Assembly: GCF_001194135.2 (NCBI RefSeq)
Contig: NC_068994.1
Location: 14,885,047-14,940,999 of the forward strand
DNA from: Octopus bimaculoides
Taxonomy: Eukaryota
Length of the DNA stretch: 55,953 nucleotides
Direction: 5' to 3'
In this document: positions 1 to 12,806 of the stretch, piece by piece
How positions within the stretch are numbered: the first letter of the stretch is position 1
Layout: each line of letters opens with the position of its first letter
Notes under the pieces: model-generated
Databases searched by the model: none
What the model was told of the DNA's origin: nothing
Seen by the model: the letters and a program-made list of their open reading frames with translations, nothing else
Made by a program: the position numbers and the translations under genes

Positions 1-99
1 GTAAGGCATGATGATAAACCAAACGAGAGAAGGATTATGGGAAATAGAAAAAGAAGAAGGGGGGGGGGAAGTTGGCGAGCTAACACGGCTTTGGCTCAC

Positions 100-820
100 C
101 TGACCTGCCAGTGATCTTCTAGTCAAGAGAAATGACGACACACACACACACACATATATACATATATGTATACTGAAAAAAAACCCTCCATACATACAAA
201 CATACACTCGCTCACAAGTCTTTCTTTACTTCTTTCTTTCTTTCTTTCTTTCTGTCGAGTAGGGGGCGGGGAGGACAGCTGTAGCCTTGAATGTTATGGT
301 AATCATTTCCATAGCAAGACTTCTTCTCATGTTAATCAGTGACCCAGCATGACACACCTCAGTCAGTTTAGCAAAATGATTGCAATAAATACAGCCTGCC
401 AGTCTGGAAGCCAAGCCAGTAAGTAAATACACCATGGACTTGTGCCACCACCACCACCACCACCGCCACCATCATCATCATCGTCGTCTCCACCGCCACT
501 ACCAGTTTTAATCTAGTGAGTATTAATGGTGTTTGAGAACACAGCCACTGTGAAAGTCTACTTGCTTGCCTTGTTTGTTTTGTGTGGTTGTTGTTTTTTT
601 TAAATTTTTTTATTTATTTTTCCTTTTACTTTTAATTCTCTCNNNNNNNNNNCTTCCCATCCCTCCTTCCTTCTTCGCTGATACTACTTTTCTTAGAACG
701 GCTTTGGTCTCATTGTACAAAGGTGTTTCCTCTTTTAGTTGCTCAGACTGATGTACTTACCAGTCTTCAGTGATAGAAACTGAATGAGGACGCCTCTAAG
801 AACTGAAGTAGGAGGCGGGC
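100..820 (-). promoter_or_regulatory. Candidate 5' end (first/alternative first exons) of a minus-strand gene running off the left edge
   Basis: Minus-strand donors CAG|GTGAGC (exon ends 100) and CTG|GTAAGT (exon ends 761); GC-box-like GGGGCGGGG near 262-270; X-box-like 305-318; local CpG retention. No coding assignment possible. Confidence 0.35.
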
Positions 821-826
821 TAAATA

Positions 827-871
<45 letters not shown>

Positions 872-1671
872 TGGGTGCTAAAGTGTGGAATCTTACACTG
901 TATAATACAATCTCGGGGAGAGAAGAAAAAATAGTAAAAGTAAGAATAAGACAAAAACAACACAAGCTCGGGGGAGGACGCGGTAAGAAACATGACCAAG
1001 CAGTAATATAAACAACAGTGAACCAGAGGATGGATAGTCTAGGCAAACTAAGGGTTGGTTTTGTGATGGCAACACTATATAATAATAACAATGATGATGA
1101 TGATAACAGCCCATTTATTTAAGAGTGAATGAAGGAAGTGTCATGTGTAAAACGATCGGTTTATTGTACAAGGTTATATTAGTTATCTGGTCACTTTTAT
1201 TTATGAAAAGGAGTGGAGTGGAGACCGCTGGATGAATGTAGTGTGTGAGCGCTTAATAGAAAAAAAGAACGGAATACACACACACACACACACACACAGA
1301 AGCAATGGTAAGAAATCATGTGAACCTCATGAAAACCACATGGCAAACCAAATTGAATGACAACCTCCGAAAGGAACCACCAGGGGAGGCAGGATATAGT
1401 ACTTGAAATGTCAATTGAAAGGGAAGGGAAAAGGAGGGGAGTGTGGATGAAGTCGGGGAGGGATGGTTGGGGGTGAAAAACAGCACTTGCTTTGCCAGTT
1501 AGCGAAAAGGGGAACATAGTACTTACTGGGAGTTTATTCCACACCAGTATTCAGTGCAGAAATATTTCACAGGAGTGGGTTTGTTGCACCAGCATTACAA
1601 GTCACACAATAAACAGTACAATTCTATCAAAAAGCAATATCATTTTATGGCAAAATTTAAAAATAAGCTAC

Positions 1672-2033
1672 GGCAGGCGTCGCTGCGTGGTAAGAAGCTT
1701 ACTTCCCAGCCACGTGGTTCCGGGTTCAGTCCCACTGCATGGCACTTTGAGCAAGGTCTTCTACTACTAAAAGCCTCAGGCTGACCAAAGCCTTGCAAGT
1801 GGATCTGGTAGGTGGAAACTGAAAGAAGCCTGTCGTATATATATGTGTGTATGTCTCGGTGCTGGTGTACTTACGTCCTTGCAACTTAGCGGTTTAACAA
1901 AAGACGCCGATAGAATAAAGTACAAGGCTTCAAAAACGCAAGTTCTAGGGTCGATTTGTTTGACTAGAACCCTTCAAGGCTGTGTCCCAGCAAGGCCACA
2001 GTCAAATGACTGAAACAAGTAAAAGATAAAAAG
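1672..2033 (+). mobile_element. SINE family B (tRNA-like head, internal TA/TG microsatellite, tail ...CAGTC-AAAT-GACTG-AAACAAGTAAAAG)
   Basis: A-box-like CGCTGCGTGG and B box GGTTCAGTCCC; homologous to copies at 5357, 37473 etc. Confidence 0.9.
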
Positions 2034-2226
2034 GAACATGTATGTGCGTATGGGTAGGTGGAGGTGTGCAATGAAGTGTTTTCACTGCATTTTTGACTTG
2101 GAGAAAAAATAGATTTTTATTTTTCTACCTTACAAAAATTATATCAGCTAAGCAAAAAACCCCCAAATGCATTAAAAACACTATAACATTCAGAATACAG
2201 CATATAAAGGACAAATTTAGCTGGGG

Positions 2227-2620
2227 TACTCTTTTACTCGTTTCAGTCATTTGACTGCGACCATGCTGGAGCATCGCCTTTAGTCGAGCAAATCGACCCC
2301 AGGACTTATTCTTTGTAAGTCTAGTACTTATTCTATTGGTCTCTTTTGCCGAACCGCTAAGTTACGGGGTCGTAAACATACCACCATCGGTTGTCAAGCA
2401 ATGTTGGGGGGACAAACACAGACACAAACATATACACACATATATATACACATATAAGACGGGCTTCTATCAGTTTCTGTCTACCAAATCCACTCACAAG
2501 GCTTTGGTCGGCCCGAGGCTATAGTAGAAGACACTTGCCCAAAGTGCCACGCAGTGGGAATGAACCCGGAACCATGTGGTTGGTAAGCAAGCTACTTACC
2601 ACACAGGCACTCCTGCTCCT
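2227..2620 (-). mobile_element. SINE family B, full length
   Basis: Reverse complement of the family B consensus seen at 37473-37868. Confidence 0.92.
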
Positions 2621-2983
2621 ATGGGGAAAAATTGATTTGGAATCCAACAGAGAAAAGAATATTGATTGTTAAACACCAAAACTTATCCAGATATTTTATT
2701 AGCAATCTCAATTACAATTGGGTTAAGGTTGAGGAAAAATTTCTTAGAAAAAAAAAAAAAAAAAAAAGGGTACCTGTCACCTGACTATGTTCCAAACTCT
2801 CTCAAGTTCAACAACAATGATGCTGACCAAGTTTTACTCCTAAAGATGATGCAACAGTACAAAATGATGATGCAATACTTTGCAATGTAATGATTTCAAA
2901 CAAGTAGGAAGAAAATAACAAAAAATCAGAAATTACATATTTTATCTTGGTTACTAATTTTGCCACCCCCACCAATATATATA

Positions 2984-3227
2984 TCATCATCATCATCATC
3001 ATTGTTTAACGTCTGCTTTCCATGCTGGCAAGGGTCGGATGGTTTGACTGAGAACTGGTAAGCCGGGAAGCTGCACCAGGCCCCAATATGATTTGGCAAG
3101 ATTTCTACAGCTGGATGCCCTTCCGCTCCGAGAGTGTGGTGGCTGCTTTTTACATGCCTAGCATCGGCCATGCTCGAATGGTGCTTTTTATGTGCTAGTC
3201 AGGCAGCACTGGCATTGGCCACGCTCG
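2984..3227 (-). mobile_element. SINE-like family D ((GAT)n tail, GGAAGGGCATCC motif), diverged
   Basis: (CAT)n then GTTTAACGTCTGCTTTCCATGCT on +; matches copies at 12807, 14185, 16117, 18951, 36091. Confidence 0.85.
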
Positions 3228-3255
3228 TATATATAAATATATATATATATTTATC

Positions 3256-3612
3256 TGGCACTCCGTTGGTTACGACAACGAGGGTTCCAGTTGATCTGGT
3301 CGACAGAACATATATATATATATATATATACAATTGTCTTCTTTCAGTTTCCATCTACCAAATCCACTCACAAGACTTTGGTCAGCCCAAGGCTGTAGTA
3401 GAAGACACCCAAGATTTATATATATATATATATATTTATATGTGTGTCTGTGTTTGTCTCCCACCACCACTTGGCAACTGATGTTGGTGAGTTTACATCC
3501 CTGTAATTTAGTGGTACAGCAGAAGAGACTGATAGAATAAGTAAAAGGCATAAAAACAAGTATCGGAGTCAATTCATTCAACTAAACATTCCCCAAGACA
3601 GTGTCCCAGCAT
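3256..3612. mobile_element. Patchwork of a SINE A 3' fragment (3256-3310, -) and SINE B fragments (about 3332-3412 -, 3430-3612 +) separated by (TA)n
   Basis: Direct similarity to in-window full-length copies. Confidence 0.7.
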
Positions 3613-3616
<4 letters not shown>

Positions 3617-3705
<89 letters not shown>

Positions 3706-3708
3706 TAT
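3617..3708. repeat. (TA)n microsatellite, about 40 units
   Basis: Seen directly. Confidence 0.98.
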
Positions 3709-4275
3709 CAGTATTTCTCCTTTAACACAATCAAAAGCCACATATATTTTCTACTTATGCAATTAGAACATGTTATTGTTACAAGCCAGATATAATTGAT
3801 TTGAATATGATACTGAAATCCAATATCATCTGAAACTAAACAAAACCAAATGATATCTTGTGAGAAGATAAAGAAAAAGAAAAAAATCATTATTTTAGAT
3901 AAACCTTGACACAAAAGCTTTTGGTAACCCAATAGGACAGACAGCTGGTTTACAGGATCTTTTTCTGTTAATCGTCTCAGTCACTGGACCTTTACCAGGA
4001 CACCGCCTTCGAGAATTTAAGTAATTTACATTGCCTTGTCGGTACTTTTAGACTTGTACTTATTTAACTGACCTGGAGGAAATTTGGATTCCAACTGCAA
4101 AGGGACATAACTAAATACCACCAGGTATTTTGTCTGAAGCTCAACTGATTTTCCTAATCCACTGTTCTGAATCAGTTACTGATTTACCAACATTAGTCCT
4201 GAGATATGGTGGGCAAAATAAATCAATATGATGCTGTGTGACCCTTATTTCCAGTAGGGCAGGGTACGAGAAAAT

Positions 4276-4481
4276 ATTGATTTCAAATTTTGGCACAAGG
4301 CAAGCAATACTGGGGAAGGGATAAGTCAACCCCAGTGTTCAACTGGTACTTATTTTATTGACCCCCAAAAGGATGAAAGGCAAAGTGAACCTTGGTAGAA
4401 TTTGAACTCAGAACGTGAAGACAGATGAAATGTCGCTAAGCAATTTGCCCAGCATGCTAATGGTTCTGCCACCCCACTGCC
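4276..4481 (-). mobile_element. SINE family C (tRNA-like head plus Deu/Nin-like central domain)
   Basis: Reverse complement contains CTTTGCCTTTCATCCTTTTGGGGGTCAATAAAATAAGTACCAG, resembling the conserved Deu/Nin SINE domain as I recall it; B box GAGTTCAAATTC. Confidence 0.85.
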
Positions 4482-4611
4482 TTTAGTGTGCGAAAATATT
4501 GGTTTACATGAACAACCCGTTTCTGTTCCTCTGTCATACTCTAACCTCTCGTCCCCTGACACAAAGCCACCTCCCTCAATGCCACTTCCCCACTCTGTTG
4601 AGGAATCTTCG

Positions 4612-4820
4612 TCATGCAAGTGCTAATACCATGTAAAGAAAGCACCCAATACACTCTGTAAAGTGGGTGGCATTAGGAAGGGCATCCAGTCATAGAAACC
4701 ATGCCAAAGCTGACAGTGGAACTCATGCAGTCCTCTGGCTTACCAGTTCCTGTCAAACTGTCCAACCCATACCACCCATGAAAGACACATGTTAATTGAC
4801 AAGAATGATGATGATGATAG
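4612..4820 (+). mobile_element. SINE-like family D, diverged
   Basis: GGCATTAGGAAGGGCATCCAG...(GAT)n tail. Confidence 0.8.
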
Positions 4821-5203
4821 TGTGAGTGTGTGTTTAATCTACCAAATGTTAGTTTTCACTAACATCTGGAAATGTCTGTCATCTTGTTTTGACTTGTAAA
4901 TCTTCCAGTGACCTTCAGGTACTATGTTCCATTGTAGCTCTCTACTACTAATACATTTCTTTGTATCCAGCGATTTCTAAAAGGTCATAGTTTAGTCTAA
5001 CTTAGTAAACAGATTGATAAGAATTTTGTAAACAAACTGAAAAAAATACACCAAAGCATCACCTCAATTGTTTAAAATTTTATTCTCAGACCACACACAA
5101 TATACATGAGTCAATGAGCAAGCCATTACTTAGCTGCCTAATTTTCTACAAAAATCAGTCTGGTGTCCCTACCATTTTAAAAAGCAGGAAAGATACATTA
5201 GAC

Positions 5204-5938
5204 CAGGGGTTCTCAACCATTTTTTTTTTTTTTTATCTACGGACCCCTTTGATTACTATTTTATTCTGAAAGACCCTCATAGACATTCAATGTTTAAAAA
5301 CTAGTTTTATAGCAACTTCTTTCAAACTTCCTATTTTGTTGTTTTTTTTTACACATAAGTGCAAGAGTGGCTGTGTGGTAAGTAGCTTGCTTACCAACCA
5401 CATGGTTCCGGGTTCAGTCCCACTGTGTGGAACCTTGGGCAAGTGTCTTCTACTATAGCCTCGGGCCGACCAAAGCCTTGTGAGTGGATTTGGTAGACGG
5501 AAACTGAAAGAAGCCCGTCGTATATATGTATATGTATGTGTGTCTGTGTTTGTCCCCCCCAACATCGCTTGACAACCGATGGCGGTGTGTTTATGTCTCC
5601 ATAACTTAGTGGTTCGACAAAAGAGACCAATAGAATAAGTACTAGGCTTCCAAAGAATAAGTCCTGGGGTCAATTTGCTCGACTAAAGGCGGTACTCCAG
5701 GATGGCCACAGTCAAATGACTGAAACAAGTAAAAGAGTAAAGAGTAACTTGTGTAGGTTGAACTATGCAAAACAGAGAAAGAAACCTAGCTGTTTCTTGC
5801 AATACATACATCTAAAGCAAAATTTTTTCAGGGGCCCTTAAAAAATTGTGGATCTGATTTACTATTTTGTTATGTGGACCCCACAAAACCTTATATAGAC
5901 TCTCAGGGAGCCATATGGACCCCAGTTGAAAACCACTG
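5204..5938. mobile_element. hAT (Charlie-like) MITE with a nested SINE B (5357-5746, +)
   Basis: TIRs CAGGGGTTCTCAAC / GTTGAAAACCACTG; perfect 8-bp TSD CATTAGAC at 5196-5203 and 5939-5946. Confidence 0.92.
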
Positions 5939-7417
5939 CATTAGACAATGTAGTCTTTCATAAACTATGTCTGAATAAAACAGGAGATGACCACACCTTT
6001 GATCATACATTTACTAAATCACTGCTGGCCTTTGTCTATCAAACAAATAAGATCTTTCTTCAAATGAATTAGACTATGCGCTTGTTGTTGAACTGGTAAG
6101 TGTGCTAACCATTTCATAATAGGCTCAGTATTATTTCTACTTTTAAATGCATGTGTTATGCTGCTAGCTCGAATATCATTTATCCAAAGAGCGTCTATGA
6201 GATTGCTTGACCAACTTAGAAGGAGCCAAATCTCTCTCAAAATGCCCCCCTAACATCTTGAAAAAGAAAAGCCGATTGGATAATGTAGGCATAGATATGC
6301 AATGCTAAAGAAAATTGTAAGACGGTCTTAGGACTCTTCAGTCAGAGCTGACTTGGGCCTAAACAACATCTTCATTCTGTCCAAGTGTGGCTATGAGTTA
6401 ACAGTAGATAGGAAATGAATGAAGTGGATATTGCTGAGTGAATATGAACTTGATGGTGGGGAAAATGTGAGTCGCACAAGAAGAACTATGATGTGAAATC
6501 ACAGGCTCCAAGAGACGTAAACAGAACATAAACTTTAAGGTTATTAACCTTGTTTCTAAAGATGGAACACTTTTTAAAGCCTTACAAACATACACTGTTT
6601 TTTAGGGGGATTTTTTAAATCAAATTGCTCTCATTAATATTTAGGAGTGAGACACCTACTGATGATCAGCGTTCAAACCAATTGAAATATTGTGTTGATG
6701 TAAATTTGTATTAAAAAAAAAAGTTTCATCTCTAAAGATGAGATTAATAGATTGAAAAAAATATAATGTATTTAGAACCTAGGATTGCAAAAGATAAGAT
6801 CCCACAATATTATTTAACCCATCCAATCTTAAAATAATGGTGTTGTATAACGCTACAATTAAGAATCACAAATTCTCAACATGGACACTTTGAAACAAAT
6901 GTATAGATGCTCATTTTAAATTACAATAAATAACTTATGTGAAACTACATTTGTGCTTCGAATTTCAAAGCTTTAAAATGCACAGCATGCATGCATCGTG
7001 CTGACAATGTATCTTAACACGTCCTTTGGAAAACTTTATCTAAGATTTAATGAACACAGAATGGATTCCAAATTAGATTAACAGTTTCATGTAGTTGCCA
7101 ATTAACAGAACAGCTTCACAGTTAAGAACTTTAAACTAATTCTTTTTATTAAAGGAATTCAGTAATAAAAAATACAATACCACAATTGCTACATAAACAT
7201 GTGGGTTTTATTTAGACACCCATTATTCTAATACAATGTTTGTAACATTTGCAACTGTTGAAGCTTTTATAATATTTTAAAAATCTAACAGAACAAAATT
7301 GAAAACAGCTTTCTTTTCTTAAGGACATTTAAAGAGCACTGTACCATTGATAACTTATCTTTCACTCTGAAATTGCAAAGATAATTCTAATGATAACCAT
7401 GACAAAGACAATAACTA

Positions 7418-7480
7418 TCATCATCATCATCATCGTTTAACGTCCGCTTTCCATGCTAGCATGGGTTGGACGATTTGACT
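7418..7480 (-). mobile_element. SINE D 3'-end fragment
   Basis: (CAT)n-CGTTTAACGTCCGCTTTCCATGCTAGCATGGGTTGGACGATTTGACT, then truncated. Confidence 0.9.
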
Positions 7481-7608
7481 ATATCCTATATATTTCATGT
7501 ACAACATTGTATGAATAAGAACTGAAATGAATTCAAATATTACAAATCCTAGCAGTTGCGAAGTAAGAAGTATGTAAACACATTCCTTCGACATATTTTT
7601 ATGTGCAG

Positions 7609-7724
7609 AAAAAAGCAGGGAGTCTCCAGATACACTGTTTCATGATGTATTGATGACTCCTCAGAGAAGACACACGAGGTTTCTTCCTCCAATCAGCAGC
7701 ACCAGATCTTCAGTTACTATATAA
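7609..7724 (+). CDS. Weak candidate terminal coding exon (xKSRESPDTLFHDVLMTPQRRHTRFLPPISSTRSSVTI*)
   Basis: Acceptor TTTTATGTGCAG|, 37 open codons, GC higher than the flanks; no partner exon found and no recognised homology. Confidence 0.25.
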
Positions 7725-8076
7725 AGCAGTCATAAATTAGGGGCTAGCACAGTAGTGGACAGCCAAATTTGCATCTACAGTCAGGCTTTGTAACAACATT
7801 TGAATATATTTCAATAACTACGTACTTAGTTTGACAGGTTTAAAAGACAGCTATAATCTATACAGTAATTTAGTCTATTATAGTTAATTTGATACTTAAC
7901 TATAAATAGTTTAGTACATTGGCAACAGGTTCTCTAGTCTAGGTATCTGTCTCAGTCTCATAGAACAGAAAAAAAGCAAGGTTGCCATGGTCATGAACAT
8001 ATTACAACATCAGTACAGGCCTGAATGTAAATTCCTGCTTATGACCAGCATGCAAACCAGTCTCTGGCAAAAGGAT

Positions 8077-8310
8077 TTAACACTTTTGTTATTTTAGTTC
8101 TGTCAACATATGCTGCCTTTCTTTCAATTAATTTTAAAAATAATTGAGTATTTAGTAAAAAAAAAAAAACTTTCTCATTATTAAGCTGGAGCCTGGAAGA
8201 ATTTAGCATAAAATTTTGATGGAAGATTATTATTTAGATCACTTTGAAACAGTAAGTTTATGTCATAGAATGTGGGACAGTCTCACACAGGATGGTAATA
8301 AAGGGGTTAA
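8077..8310 (-). mobile_element. TTAA-flanked piggyBac-type MITE family E3
   Basis: TTAA-CACTTTTGTTA...TAATAAAGGGG-TTAA; homologous to 16017-16568 and to the reverse complement of 13821-14485 and 23189-23641. Confidence 0.8.
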
Positions 8311-8597
8311 AGATGTGAAAACTATGAAAACCCAACTACAGACAGTATGACAATTTCACTTCCCATATAAAAACAGGCAGAAGAGAATAAACTTAAAATC
8401 AAATCGTAAAATATATTTCTTTGATTAAATATTTTCTTCAATGTTATCTGGGAGTTATTGATTGATTTCCGCCTTCTAAAAAGTTTTTTTTTTTTTTTTN
8501 NNNNNNNNNNNNNNNNNNNNNNNNNNNNNNNNNNNNNTTTGGAAAACAAAATGACTACCACCAACATGAGTTTTAACACACAAGTATTGACCTAAAT

Positions 8598-8987
8598 AGT
8601 GGAGGCGCAATGGCCCAGTGATTAGGGCAGTGGACTCGCGGTCATAGGATTGCGGTTTCGATTCCCAGACCGGGCGTTGTGATGTTTATTGAGCGAAAAC
8701 ACCTAAAAGCTCCACGAGGCTCCAGCAGGGTGGTGGTGGCAAACCCTGCTGTACTCTTTCACCACAACTTTCTCTCACTCTTACTTCCTGTTTCTGTTGT
8801 GCCTGTAATTCAAAGGGTCAGCCTTGTCACATTGTGTCACGCTGAATATCCCTGAGAACTACGTTAAGGGTACACGTGTCTGTGGAGTGCTCAGCCACTT
8901 GCACGTTAATTTCACGAGCAGGCTGTTCCGTTGATCGGATCAACTGGAACCCTCGACGTTGCAAGCGACGGAGTGCCAACAACACCA
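8598..8987 (+). mobile_element. SINE family A (tRNA-derived head), full length
   Basis: A box TGGCCCAGTGA, B-box-like GTTTCGATTCC, (CAA)n-type tail, 12-bp TSD ATTGACCTAAAT (8586-8597 / 8988-8999). Confidence 0.95.
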
Positions 8988-9694
8988 ATTGACCTAAATG
9001 CTGTAAGGGCATCCACATCAGCTTACAAACTACTGCACTAATAATATTGACTCCGTGATTATGTTGTTATATCCTGTATTTAAAAGAAAATAAAGGCAAA
9101 AAAGCTTAATCTTCCACTTCATATATAAATAAACAAATCCATGCAGGTTTGGCATTAACAGTGAGCATATGATGAAATAAGTAATTTATATTACAGAGGT
9201 AGGGAGAACTTGATTGGAAGATGCCACAAATCTAACTACTTACTATACAGTGTAATTAATCTAATTGAGTGAGTACAGAGAAAAAAACAAAAATGTTTTC
9301 AGGAAACAGTTTACTACTATTACTAACATCCACCACGATCATCATCAATATTACCACTGTCTGTTTTCCCTGAGGCAAGTTTTTGAAGTAGATGTACAGA
9401 CATATCACTGTATCTGTACATGTGTGTGTGTGTGTGGGTGTATGCACTCACGCACATATGTGCATATGAATATTAACAAACTTGCCCTATCTGTGAAACT
9501 TCAAACACTCAAAAATATCAGCATTTTTCTATATATTTTCTCCTTATCTAAGACCTGTAGCTAAACTATCCTTTCAAAGCCAGAGTAAACATGTTTACCT
9601 TTATTGAATTTACTAACTTGTAAGACGTCATCACCTGAAATTATATTCGCGTATGTGTGAATCAATGGAAGATTCTGAGTAGAGGCAAGTACTT

Positions 9695-10345
9695 GACTCT
9701 TTTACTTGTTTCAGTCATTTGACTGTGGCCATGCTGGAGCACCATCTTTAGTCGAGCAAATCGACCCCAAGACTTATTCTTTGGAAGCCTAGTACTTATT
9801 CTATCGGTCTCTTTTGCCGAACCACTAAGTTACGGGGACGTAAACACACCACCATCGGTTGTCAAGCGATGTTGGGGGAACAAACACAGGCACAAACATA
9901 TATACATATACGACGGGCTTCTTTCAGTTTCCTTCTACCAAATCCATTCACAAGGTTTTGGTCAGCCCGAGGCTATAGTAGAAGACACTTGCCCAAGATG
10001 CCACACAGTGGGAATGAACCTGAAACCATGTGGTTGGTAAGCAAGCTACTTACCACACATCAACTCCTGCGCCTTTGACTACATATATTTATCTTTTCAT
10101 CAATTACTTATTTCAGTCACTGGACTGTGGCCATGCTGGGGCACCACCTTGAAAAGTTTCGGCCAAATGAATCAACCCCAGTACTTATTTTTATAAAGCC
10201 TGCTGCTTATTCTATTGAACTCTTTTGCTGAACCACTAAGTTATGAGAATGTAAACATGGGAGACAAACACACACATACAAACATACACACACACATGAG
10301 CTTCTTTCAGTTTCCATCTACCAAATCCACTCACAAGGCCTTGGG
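9695..10345 (-). mobile_element. Two SINE B copies (9695-10074 full length; about 10105-10345 partial)
   Basis: Similarity to the in-window family B consensus. Confidence 0.88.
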
Positions 10346-11896
10346 CAGCTGTGGTCGTAGTGAGACTATATGAATTCAACTTATGAAAACCAGGATCAAT
10401 TCTTGTGACCATACTTCTAATGAAATACAGTGTGTTTTTCAATAAATTTTGAAAATATGAATTGGGAAAGGTTTAAATAAGACTGTGTTAGGAACAAAAC
10501 TTCAAAAGTTATTACATAAAATTATTATAGGTTTAAATTTAAATACAAACACTCTAAAATGGCCAGCTTTATGTCAGAGAAACTAGGGCTATCTCAGGCT
10601 ACTCAGTATCAAAAAGGTAAACAAAAAAGTTTAATATTTTTGTTTGGTGTAATCCAGAACCTGCTCGGACAAGCTGCTGTAATTAAAAACTGTTGACATA
10701 CACTTATATCATCTGCACTGCACTGGTAAAAGCTACTGACAACATTGTGTTAAGATAATGAAAATTCTTGTGTGGCTAACTTTCAAAGCAGCGACAATAT
10801 TCAGAGTGGTTTTTGAATATGACCAGAAAGTTAGACGTTTCATGTTAGTTCAAAAAATTGGTAAAATTGATAAGGACTTGTTTATAAAGCTTTGATGTTT
10901 ATTTTTCAAATGGCTTTTCAGGCTGAGGTGTTTATTTTTCTATCAACGTTTGGAACAGAGGTGGAAACAATAAAGCCATGGTATTGATTCTCCACTTGAA
11001 TCATTGTTACAGCAAGTGAGCTTCCCTCTGAGAGTTAGATTCTATTTACTAATAACATAATACTGCACTTCAGTATCTGACACTTTTGTGCCAAAAAGAA
11101 TAATGGTTTTCTTTTTGTAGGAAAAACAAATGTTGTAAAGGGAGTGTATATAGCATAGACAATATGACAGACCTTAACATTTTATGTATATTTATTTTTA
11201 ACCCACAGAAACAAAAAATAACATTAAAATAATTTGAAGTTTTCTTATAAATACTGTATATTCGTTGGGTGGTTACAAGCTGTTCCTTTCATAGTTTTGT
11301 GTTGTTTAGTACCAAGTTAGCTTTGAATTTGCAGGTCTATGATCAATAGTGTTCATGTAACCTTTTTCCTTTTTTTTTTTTTTTTATTACTCAGTGTATG
11401 TCTAGGATTATATCATCCAATAAGTCCTTCCATTTCCAAGAAATGAGCATGTAATTTGAAGGAGACTACACTGCTGTTTCTGGCAGGTTAAGAGATGACA
11501 TAGAAGATCTCTTGTTGGTTTGCCGTTTTTAGTTTCTGAATGGAGACAATTCTACCAACTTCACTAAGAACTTCAGAAATCCATTTTAATTAGTTCTATA
11601 CAGAAATATATTTCTAGTCTTCCCTTAGAGGGTCATAACCCAAAATTTATTTTAGAGCAAGACAAGGTTAGAAATATAATATACAGATTTAATTCATTCA
11701 TATGCTCTGTAGTATGTTATGTACTTTTACAAAATACGTTTTTGTTCTTTTACAACTGGTAAACAATTGGACAATTATTTGACATGCTATCATTATTGTT
11801 CAAGAGGCACACCATTTGTTACAAATAAAGCTCTTATGCTGCTACATGCCAATGCTTTGTACTCTAAGCAAAAATAATAATAATTACTACTACTAC

Positions 11897-11927
<31 letters not shown>

Positions 11928-11929
<2 letters not shown>

Positions 11930-12800
11930 GCAGCAAGCTGGCAGAATTGTTAGCATGCCAGGTGAAATGCTTAGTGGTACTTCATCTGTTGCTATGTTCT
12001 GAGTTCAAATACTGCCATGGTTGACTTTGCCTTTCATCCTTTCGGGGTTGATAAAAATAAGTACCAGTTGAACACTGGAGTTGATGTAATTGACTCATCC
12101 CCACCTCCCACCAAGCTGCTGCCCAAGTGACAAAAACTTGAAATAATAATTATTATTATTATTACTAGGTGGCGAACTGGCAGAATTGTTAGCAAGCTGG
12201 GCGAAATGCTTCAGGGTATTTCATCTGTTGCTACATTCTGAGTTCAAATACTGCCAAGGTCGACTTTGCCTTTCACCCTTTCGGGGGCGATAGATTAAGT
12301 ACCAGTGAAACACTGGGGTTGATGTAATCGATTATACCCATCCCCCAAATTTCAGGCCTTGTGCCTATAGTAGAAAAGGATTATTATTACTATTAATAGG
12401 CAGTAAACCTGGCAGAATCATTAGCATGTTGGACAAAAATGCCTGGTAGCATTTCTTCAAGCTCTTTACATTCATTCTGAGTTCAATCCCTCCTGAGGCC
12501 GTCTTTACTTTTTATCCTTTTGAGGACAGTAAAATGAAGTACCAGTCAAGTACTGGGATTGATATAATAGACTTGCCCCCCCCTCCCCTCAAAATTGCTG
12601 TTCTTGTGCCAAAATTAGAAAGAAAATGATAATAGTACTTGATGACAATATTGATTTGAAATTTTGGCTCAAAGGGGCCAGGTAGGGGTTCAGTTGATTA
12701 AATCAACTCCAGCAGAATTTGAACACAGAACGTAAAGATGGATGAAATACTACTTAGCATTTTGGCTGACGTGCTAATGATTCTGCCAGCTCACCACCTT
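11928..12800. mobile_element. Cluster of four SINE C copies (about 11928-12165 +, 12167-12395 +, 12398-12630 +, 12652-12800 -)
   Basis: Repeated GCTGGCAGAAT heads, Deu/Nin-like core and (ATT)n tails. Confidence 0.9.
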
Positions 12801-12806
12801 AGTTAA

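Noticed and set aside
2391-2672. Recurrent peptide RRASFSFRLPNPLTRLWSARGYSRRHLPKVPHSG in many ORFs, looking like a gene family
   Set aside because: Antisense translation of SINE B. Likewise MAEFLQLDALPNANHSES is SINE D and LISRAGCSVDRINWNPRR is SINE A.
7981-7994. X-box GTTGCCATGGTCAT
   Set aside because: Two mismatches in the AAC half-site and no promoter context.
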